Positions 10,420-23,500 of a DNA stretch of 64,000 nt are shown one piece after another. The notes below the pieces were generated by a model that searched no databases, was not told where the DNA came from, and saw only the letters and a list, made by a program, of their open reading frames with translations. Numbering within the stretch: the first letter of the stretch is position 1; each line of letters opens with the position of its first letter. The stretch is from NCBI GenBank assembly GCA_036172245.1, contig JAYWIR010000002.1:558001-622000 (forward strand), given 5' to 3'. The translations under genes and the position numbers were made by a program. Origin of the DNA: Raillietiella orientalis (lineage: Eukaryota).

Positions 10420-13400
10420 GGTTCCTGCGAAGGCTGGAGTCTGGCAGCTTCCGATCGCAGAGCCACTCACTTCCCGGAACAGGATCCGTTTGCCCCAAGG
10501 CAATCGGAAGACGAGGAAGTGTGTCGCTTTGGAAATGGGAAAAAGGCCCCGGTGGCGAGTTCGGACTAGGAGGCGAACGGCTAGTCGTCACCGATCCGTC
10601 TGCACGGCAGAAAATCCTCCGTGGTCCACTGCGCCGAAGATCCTTCCCACGATTTCCTCCCTCGCACTTTTCCGAGAGCTCCCAAAGATACAGCAAGAAC
10701 CCAGCACGCCGCTCACGCGAGGAAAACCCGCGGTCCCTTTGGCCGGCAAGAAGCGACGATGCCCTTCGAAACCCCAGGTCCTCCTTCGCAGCATTTCCGG
10801 ACAGCGCGCCTTCCGTCCAATCAAAGAGGGAACGAGTTCTCTTTAATGGACCGCGGGCCGAAGTTTCCCCGAAAGATTGCATTATCAGCTTCGCCCTCTG
10901 AGCCCGTTCCGGCGCTGCTGGAGCTGATGGCTTTGGATCAGAACTCACGCAGGTCAAGATTGATCGATTCGTAATGAGATCAAAGTTCTGGGGGTGCCCC
11001 CGTGCGACAGACACATGATGGAAGCGCCTTCGGAAAAGAAGCGGGCGGCAACCGGCTCTCATCGCTTCCACCCTGAGGCAGCTATTTCTATTCGCAAGTA
11101 CCGCGGTCATCCGGACCGCTTTCCGGGAACGCCCGTCCCCTGAGTGCACCGACCATGGAGAGTATGTAGAGAGGTGCCTTGCGACACGGACCGAGGTTTT
11201 TCGAAAAAAAGATCGTGGACCTATTCCTCCTTCTTTCATGATGCGAACGCACACGGTGCATGCATGTGGACTGCAACACTAACCACCAGTGTTGCAAATA
11301 TTTTTTTCTTTCATTTCTTTACATCTTTTGCTTTTCGTCTGTCCTCTGCAGCCGGGTCCGGAAGGAATTTCAACAGAGCAGCGCCCTTTCTTGCAGGAAA
11401 GTTCCGTGCACCTTAAAACGGTATTCCCGGCTTCTGTTATCCTCCCAGGCCTCTCCAGCACTGGCGATAAAATTTTGTGTGTCCTGATCTGGTCCATCGC
11501 ACACGCAAATGTTCTGCGGTTCTCCTCTGCTACATTGTCATCCACAGGCAGAACAGCAGACTATAACAGTATGGACTTTTCTTTCGAATTGTTCTTCGTA
11601 CTTCAGCCTTTGAGCCTCTGCTGGTCTCCTACGACAACCGGACAAAGGGTGGTGACACGCTTCGCTTTGGTTCCGAGCTCTTCAAAGCATCTCTGTGGGT
11701 TTCTCATTGGAATCCGTCAAACGACAGCGCGTGTTTCTGTTGCGTTTCCAGGAAGACGGACCCGCGCTGATGCGACATGGATCTCTTTTCTTCTTTCTTT
11801 CTTCTCTTTGGAGAAGATGAACCACCGACCTTTTTTTTTGTTGTTTGTCGCTACTCCCGATTCTGCGAGCATCTCCTGGTCGGTCAATGCGGACTGCGAT
11901 TCCGCACAGGGATGCCACATTTTTTTTTTTTTTTTTATGTCGTAGCGATGCGGTCGGTTGCCACGGACCGAAGTGCACAAAAGTCAGGAGTGATGCCGGC
12001 CGCCGAATCCATCATGAAATGCCTGGCATCATGCCGAAGGAAAAAAATTGCTCCTGTCGTCTGTCTTCGAAAACCTGCGCTGTGCTCGTGTTCTCAGTGG
12101 CTCTGGGTACCGTGACTGAAACGTACGTTCTCGACCGTTCCGAGGGTGCTGATGGGGTGCGCTTGTCGACACGCCCAGCGAATACACCTTGCACTGAGGA
12201 GCATCTTGCTGTCTCCCATGACCTCTGCTCTGATCTGAAGATCTTCCTTACCTTCCACTATCTGATTTTTTTTCCAGGCAGGTCGTCCTTTTTTTTCCTA
12301 CTTCTGTTTTTTCTTTTGCATGCTTCCAAGCAGCTGGATCACAGCAACTGAAACGGAATGCCATTCGAAGATGAAAAGAAAGCTTTTGTCTTTTAATGGC
12401 TATGCCAGCCCTCTGAACCACCAGAAGGCTGCTCCAATACCAACAGGGGGCGAGAACGGAATCCCGTTTCCATCTCATCAGCGACTTTGCAAATGCAGGC
12501 TGATCAAGAAGTCGGCTCATGACAGCCAGAAAGCATAGAAGGCCAAATAAAAAGAGGGACTGATACAAGATGGTCTAGCTCTTTCCCACTGGAGCAATGG
12601 AAGAAGAGGTGCCTCCATTTCGAGGTAAGCTTGCGACTGCTTGGCTTCTTTGCCACTTCTTCCACCACTGCTGACATCCTCGTTCCAAAACTCTTGACGG
12701 CTCCTCCTTGCTCCAGGCTTCCCTTGTGAGCATCCCGATTGGGAGAGTCCCACAAGAGAGGGTGGTTTTGCTTCCGGGAAGCTTTCCTGTGGAGCTCGTA
12801 AGGAAAAGATCTGACGTTGCTAGAGCGACCTATAAACTTGATCGAATCTCGTTCCGGTGAGTCACTGCATCTCGTAATCAGTCTTTTTTTTTTTTTTTTT
12901 TTACGAGATTTTGTCGGTTTTCACATCTGTGCGCGCTCGCTCGCGCGCGTGTCTCTTCACCTGTCCGAGGTGTCAGTGCAAGAACGCGCCGCGTCTGGAG
13001 GCAGCCAGACGCTGCTGCCTGGCATTCGGCCTGCACGAAACACATCGAAATGGCAGAAATCATAACACTGTTCTCCCGCTGCGGTCGCGGCTCTCTTCCT
13101 TCCTCCGAAATCGTCAACAAGCCACCGGCTGCAGTGCCCTCATCCCGTCGTTGGTAATCAGCCGGTTTCCAAGGGCCTCAGCAGCCAGTGCGCCTCTTTC
13201 CGAGCTGAAAATAATGCGCGTTCATTAATCGTTCCGATTAACTGATGAGCGCACCATTAGTGTTGATCGTTGGCCGTGTCGCCCAAACGAAGAATGGACC
13301 ATCGGATCTCTACGGTATCTCCGCCAGCATTGCCGCCTCTGAGCCATCGCTCTCTTCCGAGAAAATGCCCCTTCAAGGCGCATACGCATTCACGCTCGCG

Positions 13401-16400
13401 CTTCGAGACGGATTCCTGCCTGATTATGGGAGTTTTGCGTAACAGCAGTCCGATGTCATTAGCTGTTGCGACCGCTTGCTTTCACGTTAGCAGAACGCTC
13501 GTCTGGAAGCCTGGTTCCTCCTTAGCGTACCCATGGTTTTTGCAAATGAATGAGGAGTTTCGAAACCAATCTCGGCTGATTTTCTCGTTCGGCAAGTGCT
13601 CGTTTTCCTGAACGACTTTTGAGAATGGCAGCCTCCGAACCTTTGCTCTGCTTCCAGCGAGGGAACCATTCCAAACACTCACCGTCTCCCGTTGGCTTCT
13701 CAGCGCGCAGCTCTTCGCTTCTACGTCCTCTTCTATTTCGCAGAGAGGTTTGGGGATTTTTTTTTCGTGCCGAAGAATCCTGCCCGCCGAGCGGGTTTTT
13801 TCCTGCTCCTCCGTTTTCACATCTTGGACCACACGAACCATTTCCCTGCACTTTTACCTTTCCCTGGAAGATGAACGCGACGTTTCCGTGTCCATCAGCA
13901 TCCCTTTTCCGCGGGATTTCGTCGCAGCGGTTCGCACGATCCTCTACGCGAGCCTCCGCTGCTTGGGAAAAACCGAGATCGAGTTTCGAACATCGGACTG
14001 CACAGCTCTTTTCGCACATCCCATCCCAGTTGCGCTGATCAGTGGTATCTGCAGCAGCACCTCAGCCACACTTGGTAGCGGGCCTGGAAATCAGATGATT
14101 CGGGAGCTGAAACGCGAACCTCACCCCGCTCCCGCGGCCGCGGAACCGTTTTTTAACCGGCGAACCTTAAACAAAACGAAGTGCCATCACCAGATGAGCT
14201 CTAAACTTGGGCTTCAAAGGCCCGATGGGAGGCGGGGGAGGGAAAAAGTAAACAAAGAACCCAACGCACCAAAATTCCGCAAATTATAAAATTACCACCG
14301 CAACCTTCTGCTGCTAATTAGCACTTATTCGTGTCGAAAAGAAGATGCACGCAGATGAGCATGGGAACATCGTGTAACCGCACGTTAATGATTTTGTTTA
14401 CTCTACGGCGCTCCTCATTCCCAACACTTAGAATCTTTCTATACGTGCACTTTTTTTTTTTTTTTTTTGACCACTTGAGCCGCACCTTGTTTCAGCTGAG
14501 CAAGCGCCCCATGAGTGCATAATAAATGATTTAGTCGTAGGTAAATATTTAATTCCAATTTAATATGAGGCATTTAATTCTAATTCCTTCTGAAGTTTTC
14601 CTCTCCCCCTCTACGAAAACCACGAAGCGTTTCTCCTGTCCTTTGTTTCGTTTGATGCTCTTGGAAGACCTTTTCGTAACTGCAGAATGAAAACAACAAC
14701 AGCAGCAAAAGCAACCACCAAAACTCCTAATTGATAAGCATTTGCTGGGAAACTGCATGGCTGCAACCACCGAGATAGCCTGAGTAAGTGTCGTCTCACT
14801 ATCTGTGCTGTTTCTGAGCGCTGGGAGACAGCACTTTCAACCACAGGCTATAAATCTCAAGAGCTCCTGCCTTCTTCCTCCGTGCTGCTTGCCTTATTGG
14901 ATTCATTAACTCATTAGCCAAGCTGGTTTATAGACCGTTTCATCGAAGGACTCTGGAACTTAATGTACCAACCACTGATCTGTGAATCTTCTCTCCCACC
15001 CATCTGACGAAATTGAAATGTCTCTCGCGGACACTTTCGCGTGCACGGTGTTGCTCCCCCCTCAGGAAAGCAAAACAGGACCATTACTTAAGGATACGCT
15101 TCGAGCGTCGCCTTTATTTCTGATATCTGCCCCTTTCATTATTCCGCGTCTGCCCTGCCTGTTTTCAGACGCTTCTCTTGTTTGGCAAGGAGTGCGTGGC
15201 GCGGGCAGCATCCAGTCACAAGACGGTCCTCGGACGGACGATGCATTTCCTGCTTCGCTCACGAAACGGACTCGTGGTGTAGCTACACGGTAAACACGAT
15301 CCGCAAAGGGTTGTTGTTGCATCGCTTTCTCTCCGGGAGTCCCCGCTTCTCGATCAGCGGCTCACGTCTTCCAGAATGGAAGCCGAATTTATAGGAAGTG
15401 GACACCTTCCGGCGTGCTCTCGTTCGGGTGGAAGTGCGAGGCTGCGACTCCACGTCCACGAGAAGCTGATTTAGGCGCGCTGGCGTCCGGCAGGAAGCTT
15501 TCGTCACGGGGCGGGAAAAACAAGAACGTAGGGCATGAGCCTGCCCCGCGTTTTCTTCGCCCGTGAAAATGACCTGGTGGAGGCTGTCGGATCCCGACGG
15601 CGCTGCGCGTGTCAACACAAACGGGAGAAACCGCTTCACGTCTCGGGTATGTGTCCGAACGGCATCCCGAGACAAGAGGAACCCGAAGGTTCGAGAGCAG
15701 CGGGGAGAGAGCAGGGCGACGGAAGGTCTTCCTGGTGAGTCAGTTCCCGTTTCGCTTGTCGCTTCCTTTCAGAAAGGAGCTGCAGGCGATCTCGCCGCCC
15801 GAGACTAACAAGATTTTTTTTCCCCCCCATTTCGTTTCCGCTGCGCTCCCAAGTGGACGTCCACTCGGTTGAACCTGAACGCGGCGACCGCAGAGACGTA
15901 AGGGGCGATCCGGGGAATGCCACGAACGGGGATGCGCCTGCCCTGAGCCACGGAGCACAGGAGAACGGCCTGGAACCACCAAGGGACCTCTTTGTCGTGA
16001 TTCCCGTGCAGGCGTAAGAACTGGCTTGCCAAACAAGACCGAGGTGCGCCTGGAGACTCTGGTGTGCCGCGTGGATTTCCTTTTCTTTCAAAGCCAAGCC
16101 CTTTTATTTTTTGCCCCTAGGAGCCCTGGTGAACTCGAGCGAGCGTGGCACGAGAGCTGCAAGACGAATGCCGAGAAACCGCATCTTTCATTTGGCGCTC
16201 CCGAAGCGACTCAGTTTTCAAAAGCACACACTCCGAGTGTCGATAAATCGTGAACACCCGAATGCAATCCTACCGTCGCTGCAGATCCTGGAAAAGGGAA
16301 AGACGAAACGTTTGATGGATCGGAAATGCTGCAATACTAAGAGAACGTGACGTCGAAATTCCTATCAAGCAAAGGTTGTCACAGGGAAGAAAAGAGCGAA

Positions 16401-17414
16401 TGCCGAACCAAATAAACTGCTTCAGCGAATGAAGAGGAATTTCCAGTGATTCACGCGCGGGCATGAATAACGCTTGATGAATGGAAAGTCATTACTCTCG
16501 ACCGTAGTATCATCAAGCACACATGACTTCGTACCGGCGGCGCTTGGGACATTCACACGTGCACCCGCGGAGAGGCTTCTCGGGATTATCGAACGCGAGC
16601 GCGCGATCGTGGGTGTCCACGGGCGGACCCCCCCGACACCTCGCTTTCGCGCCGCCTGCTCCCGAAGCGAGGCTTCGAGGGACGGGGAAGCTCCGGGCAG
16701 AGTAGGAGGCGCTGAAAGGAGACGTCGGTGGAAAATCCGCTCGCCCGCGGCGCGGTCCCGAAAGCGCTCGCTCGCCCCTTCGGAGGGTGGCCTTTTCGCA
16801 CCTGCAGTCACCGGGGCGACCGTTGCTTCTTCCAGGAACGCGGCATCCTCTGGGGGATCGGAGGGAACGCTTAATTAACGACCGGTCCATTTGCAGCTCT
16901 TTTCCCGTTGCCTCGTCGGAACTTTCCCTTTCCGCGGAATCCCTCCCTGACAGCTGCCGTTCCCATTCGCCGGGCGACGCAGACGCGGGCGAAATTCGGG
17001 GTGCACGGCGTCCATGACGAAATCTGATGCGCAACAATGGGTTTCTAATAGAGCACTTTAAGCTCCGTTCACGAAAGACACCACGCGCGCGAGAGGGGGG
17101 GGAGAAAAGAAGGTCACATGATTTCAGTGGAAGCTGAAGAGTATTCTTGATCTTTCGACTCTAAAAGCCTTGGGCAGTCATCTGTGAACTTCTGCTTATC
17201 GGAAAAGCGCTTGGTACTTTCCGTGGACCGAAAAGACACGTTCATCCGGCAAAAATAAAAACAGCCGTTTTATTTCCAGCAGGGCAGCTTTCCTTGAAAA
17301 CAGAAAATCGAAGCGCGCGCTGCTGCTCTCACTGACGGCGAATGTGACCAACCGACAAAAAAAAAAGTCTCCTCCACAGTAGGAGCTCCTAATGGGAACG
17401 GACAGCGTTGCGCG

Positions 17415-17429
17415 GCGCGCGCGCGCGCG
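17415..17429. repeat. (GC)7G alternating run, potential Z-DNA
   Basis: GCGCGCGCGCGCGCG read directly. A (CG)6 run also occurs at 60957-60968. Confidence 0.85.
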
Positions 17430-18688
17430 AGCAACCTCACCGCCGGACGCGCGAGCGCGCGCGGTCCGCCGCCGCAATCCGTTTCGGTCGACGGTGCGAC
17501 TCGAGGGAACTTCGGCCTAAGGGTGCGAGACCTCCCCCCACCCCTAAATGAAAAAAAGGAGCGGCTCGCTCGCCCCTCTCGCTCCTTGACCCTTCTTCCT
17601 CCGAAGTCCTTCGGGATGGGGTGGGAAGGGGGGAAGGGATGGGAGAAACGGAGAGAAGAACCCGCTGCGCGACCTCATCGACGGAACAGCGGCGGTCGCG
17701 GGAGTGGAGGTGCGCCTTTTGGCCCGAGGTGTCTGCTAGCCGCGCGCGCGCTCGGGCCGACGTTTCCCCTTCCTCCCAGCAGCAGGACCGAAAACCCAAC
17801 AGCAACATGATGCGTTCTCGAAAGCACGGTGGAGGCAAACACGTGTGCTCCCTCGGAAGTGGCACGGAGGAGGCCACGAGGCACTATTCCCACCGTCCCC
17901 CGCTGCCTCCGTCGACCCTTCGACTTCTCGGAGAGAATCAAAGGCGAGCGGCAACAACAGACCCAGAGATGAGGCTGAGGATTACCGTTTTTTTTTTTTT
18001 TGTTTTGTTTTTATTTTTCCCCCTGTTTGTTTCCCTTCCTTCGGCTCACGAAAACTTTCGAGCGGTGGTCTCGCGGCTTCGGCACGAATCTCCGATCAGT
18101 GATTTCTCGATCGCGACGCGGAAATCACGAAGACGCTTTCCTCGGTACTGGTCGGGTTTCCTCCCCGCAGCAGCTGCCGTCTTTCGCAACGCCGGCTGCT
18201 CAGGATTCTCCGGAGAGAGCCGCGGAAGGAACGCTCCGGTCGGGCTGGGACGACTCCCAACCTCTCTTTCTCCTCTCCGTTCCCCAGTGGCGTCGGGAGA
18301 GAGGGGAACCTTTGCTGCCGACGTCGGTTGCGCACAGCCCGAGAGGACGACAGGGCGGCGGAAGCGCGACGTGAGAAATCCCCCCCAGCCCCGGCCTGTG
18401 AGGACACCGAAACGTCCGCGGCGGAAATTAATCTGCAAGGGCAGCGGTTGGTCACCTTCAGGTCGACGGGATGTTCGGAAACCGCGCGGTCTCGCTCGCA
18501 GCGCGTTGATCTTGATGCCGCGATGATGCGCTCTCGACTCTCTTTCAATCGGGACGTTCTCGAGGTGTTTGGAAAAAGGGCAGCAGGATGAGAAAACCAC
18601 TCGTGACCACGTGGATAGGGAGTGTGGAAATCCACTTCGGGTCAGCCGATAGCGTGGTCTCATGCTTTATACATCAAGAGGAAGCAAA

Positions 18689-18864
18689 ATGGAGTCTCCA
18701 CAGCACACCTCCATTACTCTACTGCTGTTTCCACATCCACTCCTGCATAAAATTGTGTTTTGGCGTCTGCACCAACTGGCTTTTTTATTTGTCCAATCAC
18801 ATCAGTCCCTCAGCGTGTCGATGCTGTAAGTGGGAATTCATTTATCTGAGATGCAGACAGGAGC
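18689..18864 (+). repeat. ~176-bp direct duplication, copy 1 (partner 20329-20505)
   Basis: 85-nt core 18713-18797 is identical to 20353-20437. Flanks align with scattered substitutions. Offset 1640 bp. Confidence 0.95.
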
Positions 18865-20328
18865 GCTGAAGAATGAAACCGAATTTTTTTCGCTCGAACG
18901 TCTTGAGTCTTCTTATCCGAGTGTTAGACCTCAAGCTATTCAAAGAATGGCAATGCAGCCGCGCTGCTTTATAAAAAGTGGACTTCTTTCCCCTCCCTCC
19001 CTCTCTCCCGTGGATTGGACTGCTGTACGAGAAATTTCAGAGCCACAAACCAAAGGCATTTCGAAAAAGCTTTCCTAATCTCCAATTTTCGCTTCATAGA
19101 TAGATGCTCCCTGCAACTCCGACGCAGCTATGCTCCTGGCAAGACTGGCTTTAAAAAAAGCAGAGCCCGTATGGAGCACCGCAGCGCAAGACGCCTCGCT
19201 GCAAAAAAAAAAACGAAAAACGCCTTGGAGGCTTCTTCTCCGTCGAAATATATTGAGATGACAGAATTTTCACACCACCGTTTGGGCTTCGCTTGACGAT
19301 GAAGCACGACCCACGGATGCAATCCCCGCTTCTTCCCGAAGCTTCCCGAACTCGTGCCTTCAATGGTTAGCACGCAGATGGAAAACAAGGCTTTTTAAGC
19401 ATTTGTTTTTAGCGGTCGTGGGTTTTCCATCCCCATCTCAATCGCGGAATTTTTGAAAACTTCAGTCATGCTTCAGTGATATTCTGAACTTTGGACCACT
19501 CGTCTTTACTACGCGCCGCAATCATTTTTCAGATGCCATGCGCAGAAGAGTGGCAGAGTCTGAAGTCTTTGGAATCGGAGTTTATCCGCTCATTTGTCTC
19601 TTGTCCGTCAATCTTGTTTATCTTTCACTTGTTAGGTGAGACGGAATTCCCCTTGGCTACCGGCTGGGCTTCAAAAGAAGGATTTGAAAAAGGACGTCGT
19701 GGTCCCATAATTTTCGCCGTTCTGCGGAACTCGAAAGTTTGCGCCGCAGCTCTTCGATTAGTTGGGAAATGTGATCTCAGCCAAGCAGAGACAGAGTTGC
19801 ATCAGAATGAAAGACTTACGTAAGCGCACAAAATGACCAGCAGATCTCATTCGTAGGTGCCTCGTCGGTACAAACACAGACCCCCACGGTTGCACTCCAG
19901 TTTTGCTGACATGCGCCGGATTCCACGAAAACGAAACGTAGCTTTCCAAATCCTGCGGACGGATGTGGGAAACATTTAGTGTCCTTGCAAAATTCGAGAA
20001 GTCATCACACACGAAGATCCAGGGCAACCATGCAAACACGGCAAGAGATATTTCCTGCTTGCAAAAAAACGTCCATGTACCGAACAGCAAATCGATCACA
20101 CTCGAATAAGATTCGTGTTACCGTTTTCACGAAGTCAGTGAAGAAAAAAGCGTTCTTGAATGCCTTTTTCCGCTGAAATTTTTTCTCGTCTCCAGCATCC
20201 AGAAGCGACAGAAGTTCTTGCATCTGAAGGATGTGCTTTGATTCCGATTTAATCGCGTGTCTGCATTGCAAAATCCTAATCGATATATAATCGCGCAGCC
20301 TTTCTGGATAGACAGTAATAGCAGCAAT

Positions 20329-20505
20329 ATGGAGTCTCCACAGCACACTTCTATTACTCTACTGCTGTTTCCACATCCACTCCTGCATAAAATTGTGTTT
20401 TGGCGTCTGCACCAACTGGCTTTTTTATTTGTCCAATTACGCCAGTCCCTCAGCATGTCGATGCTGTAAGTGAAAATTAATGCATCTAAGATGCAGACAG
20501 GGAGC
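20329..20505 (+). repeat. ~176-bp direct duplication, copy 2 (partner 18689-18864)
   Basis: 85-nt identical core with copy 1. Confidence 0.95.
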
Positions 20506-23500
20506 AACACTTTTACTCGCCCGTCGTTAGGAACGGAAAATGCGCTCCTAGTGAATGTGAAAGGATGATAGCAGTCCCTATTCGTTTTGGTCAGCGATCG
20601 CCACGAGGACATCCAACGTGCATGGAATGAGTGCATGCAAAGATATCGTTGCTTCCCCAATTGCAAGCGTTTCCTCCCTTCGAGACGCGTCGTGGACTTT
20701 CGAGCCGTCGATGACGTGTTCCTCTTTCCAGATGATGCTTTCATTGTGACATGGCTTCAGCTGAGCTGAAAACGTCAGGTCCCTGAGACTGACCGACGCA
20801 GCAAAAGTCCATATCAGTTGGGTCACTGTGATCGCACCCCTTGCTGACTACCAGTCATCTTGTTAAGTTTCATTCAGCTTCCCAGCCTATGGTCGAATAA
20901 AAATCCGTTCAGCGATCTTCGCGTCCCCGTTTGAGCCTTCGCTCGCACTAAGACGAATCTCGTCCTCAACCAGCTGCAAAATGATTCCCATCTGGTCATT
21001 TCAGCTTCCTGATTCCCAATGCTAATGATTTTCGTTCAGAGACTACGGCAAAGATATTTGGAATTTATTTCTAGAATGAGCCCTTTGTTTAGACATCGAT
21101 TGATTTGGACCGCGACGACCACTTCTCTGGAACCAAAAAAAAAAAAAAAGCAGCAGACCCCAGTGGGCATCGGTGCAAATGGATCTGTTATTTGAGGCGT
21201 CTGCTCAAGCCACTTGCGTGAAAGCGAAACCTCGGCAGGCGCGGTGGCTGCACCGTTTGAGGCGGATCTTTGCCGATCGAAATCCACTCCGCGGACCATG
21301 GACCATGGTTCCTGAGGGCTGGAATTTTCAGTCAGGAGTTTGCACCCCTTAAATCAAAAACGGTTTGCTCCTGCATCTCTGACCATCCCTCCGTTCTTGC
21401 ACGAAAGGGAAGAGTCTGTATGAATCTTAAGTGGGAGAAGAATTACCGATTTTCTATCCTGATCGACGCAGTGGCCACGACAACCGGATCCCACTGCATT
21501 CCGTCCGAATCCTTTTTCGAACGCTGCTGCTGATTTCAGCAGGAGAATTGGAAGGCCACATCTCCCACGTGGGATTCTTACAAAATCTTCCCTTTCGTGC
21601 AAGAACGGAGGGGTGCCCATGAGGTGCCTACATCATGGATCACAACGGAAAAGTTTCGCTCAATTATTGCTAAGCTGCGTTACACCTGAGAATCTGAATC
21701 TTGATCCTGGGATTTACCTGACCTTGCTCGTCACTTTTCCATCTCTCCGGTGCAGGTGGAAGCAGCCAAAATTAATGATGGATTAATGATCCCTCATAAC
21801 TCCAAGGATGAGCTCGTCCAAAAGAGGTTGTCAGATGAAACGGACTTTACTGATTCTGCTCGCAGACGCATTGCCATCTGATGTTTTAGCTCAGGAGTCC
21901 GCATCAGGGTAGCCTCTTAGCGAAACGCTCCAGACTCCCAGTCTTCTCTTTGGAGATCGTCACTGGGACGACAGTGCGTTCGAAACGTTTCGTCTTGTAG
22001 CACGTGTAGAGGAACTTCTCTAGGGAGAATTCCCAGAGCGAAACCCACCCACACAGGGATAGGACTGGGATTTCTAACGCCAAGATTCCACGAGCCCTTG
22101 CTGCTTCCCCCACGAGCAGGAGAGGACCAGGGACACTGGATCAGAATAGCGGAAGAACCGATCTTCATTAGACTTGCTCCGAAAACAACTGGCTCCTGCA
22201 TCGAATCCTGGGGGGCCGGTGGGGCATTCACGTGTTTCATCCGAGAGCTAAAAACCTGCATGCTGGAAGTTTTTGCTGTACCCCGCTCGTATCGTTCCGA
22301 TGAAGGCATCCTGATGACCGTATGAGCCCTTTTTCCTTCCTGGAACTAGCCATAAGGAGTCCATTCACGTGAACCTGGATCCTTACTGCATTGCCGTGCG
22401 AGGAGAGTTTCCCCCGCAGTCCCCTTCGGGATCCATAGCAAGTCCCGGGTTCACAGTTTCCCTTTCAACTCAGCCTTTCAGCTCAACCTTAGTCCTCGCG
22501 TTTCCACGCACTTTTCAGCGTGGTCTCCCTGCAGAAGGATAGAAGCGTCGATTCGTCTTGGAAGCGCGTTCCTGGGCCTGACAGGAGGAAGAGAGAGAGG
22601 AAAACGTACTGATTCTGGATCTACGGAAAGGGGGATCGGCAATACTTCGGATTCCTACGCCGCGCTTGCTGATCATTGGGAATGAGACCACTTGGCAGAG
22701 TCATCATTGATGTCTGTGGCTGTCTTCGAGGATTCCCATTTTCGAGGTGCAGCTGAGGAAATGGATGAAAGACAGAAACGTGGCAATGAGCGCTCCTGAG
22801 TTTAACGCTTAATCTCAAGGGTTGTTGTCGACTGGAAACTCAAAGTTGAGCGAAAGTGAAGCGTCGATGCATTCTTGGCGGCTGCCTGGACGCACAGACG
22901 AAAACTCCCCGTCTCAGGCCGTCCTAGATCTAAAAGAGAAAGCACATTCCTCGTGGTGAAGATGGAGGAAAGCAAAGAAAGAAAAAGGGAGCACCAGTAA
23001 AAGGGAACGGAAAGAAGCAGTCATCTGCATCAGCCAGGATTTCCTGGAGTGGAACTCGTCCTTCAGGAGAACGACGAAGGAAGAAGTAGTGTCCACCGAG
23101 GGCAATAGCCCTTTGAAGGAAGCTGAGAGCCTCCATATCTCATGGAGTTCACTATGACAGGCACTGGCACTCTCTCTTGATCTCATCTTCTTCACCCTTT
23201 TGGTTCCCACGCCGTCCTGACGGCTTCTCCCTCGAGGGTTTCCGTTCTGACCCACACCGGTAGCGCGCGGCAGTCTGTGAGTGTGCGCGCATCTCCCGCC
23301 TATTCCTCTGAGTCCAATCAAAGGAACGGTGCCTGCATGGGATGAAATAGGGAAAGTGTCCGAGTGGGGCTGGAGATGGAAATTGGAGAGGCTCTCAGTT
23401 CCGCAGGCAGCATCAAGTTGGAACCGAATGCCTCACGTGGCAGCATCCGAGAAGAACAGGATACCGAGTTGCTCATTCACTCTGGCATCTTTCATCATCT

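Noticed and set aside
10098-10466. The 122-aa ORF as a complete gene or normal myosin exon
   Set aside because: The N-terminal ~19 residues are not myosin-like, there is no GT donor after DK, similarity is bounded by the 13-bp repeats, and no other myosin exons were seen in 64 kb.
18690-20499. The 176-bp duplicates as LTRs of a small LTR element (TG...CA can be drawn)
   Set aside because: Similarity extends past the TG/CA positions on both sides, and I saw no TSD, primer-binding site or polypurine tract.
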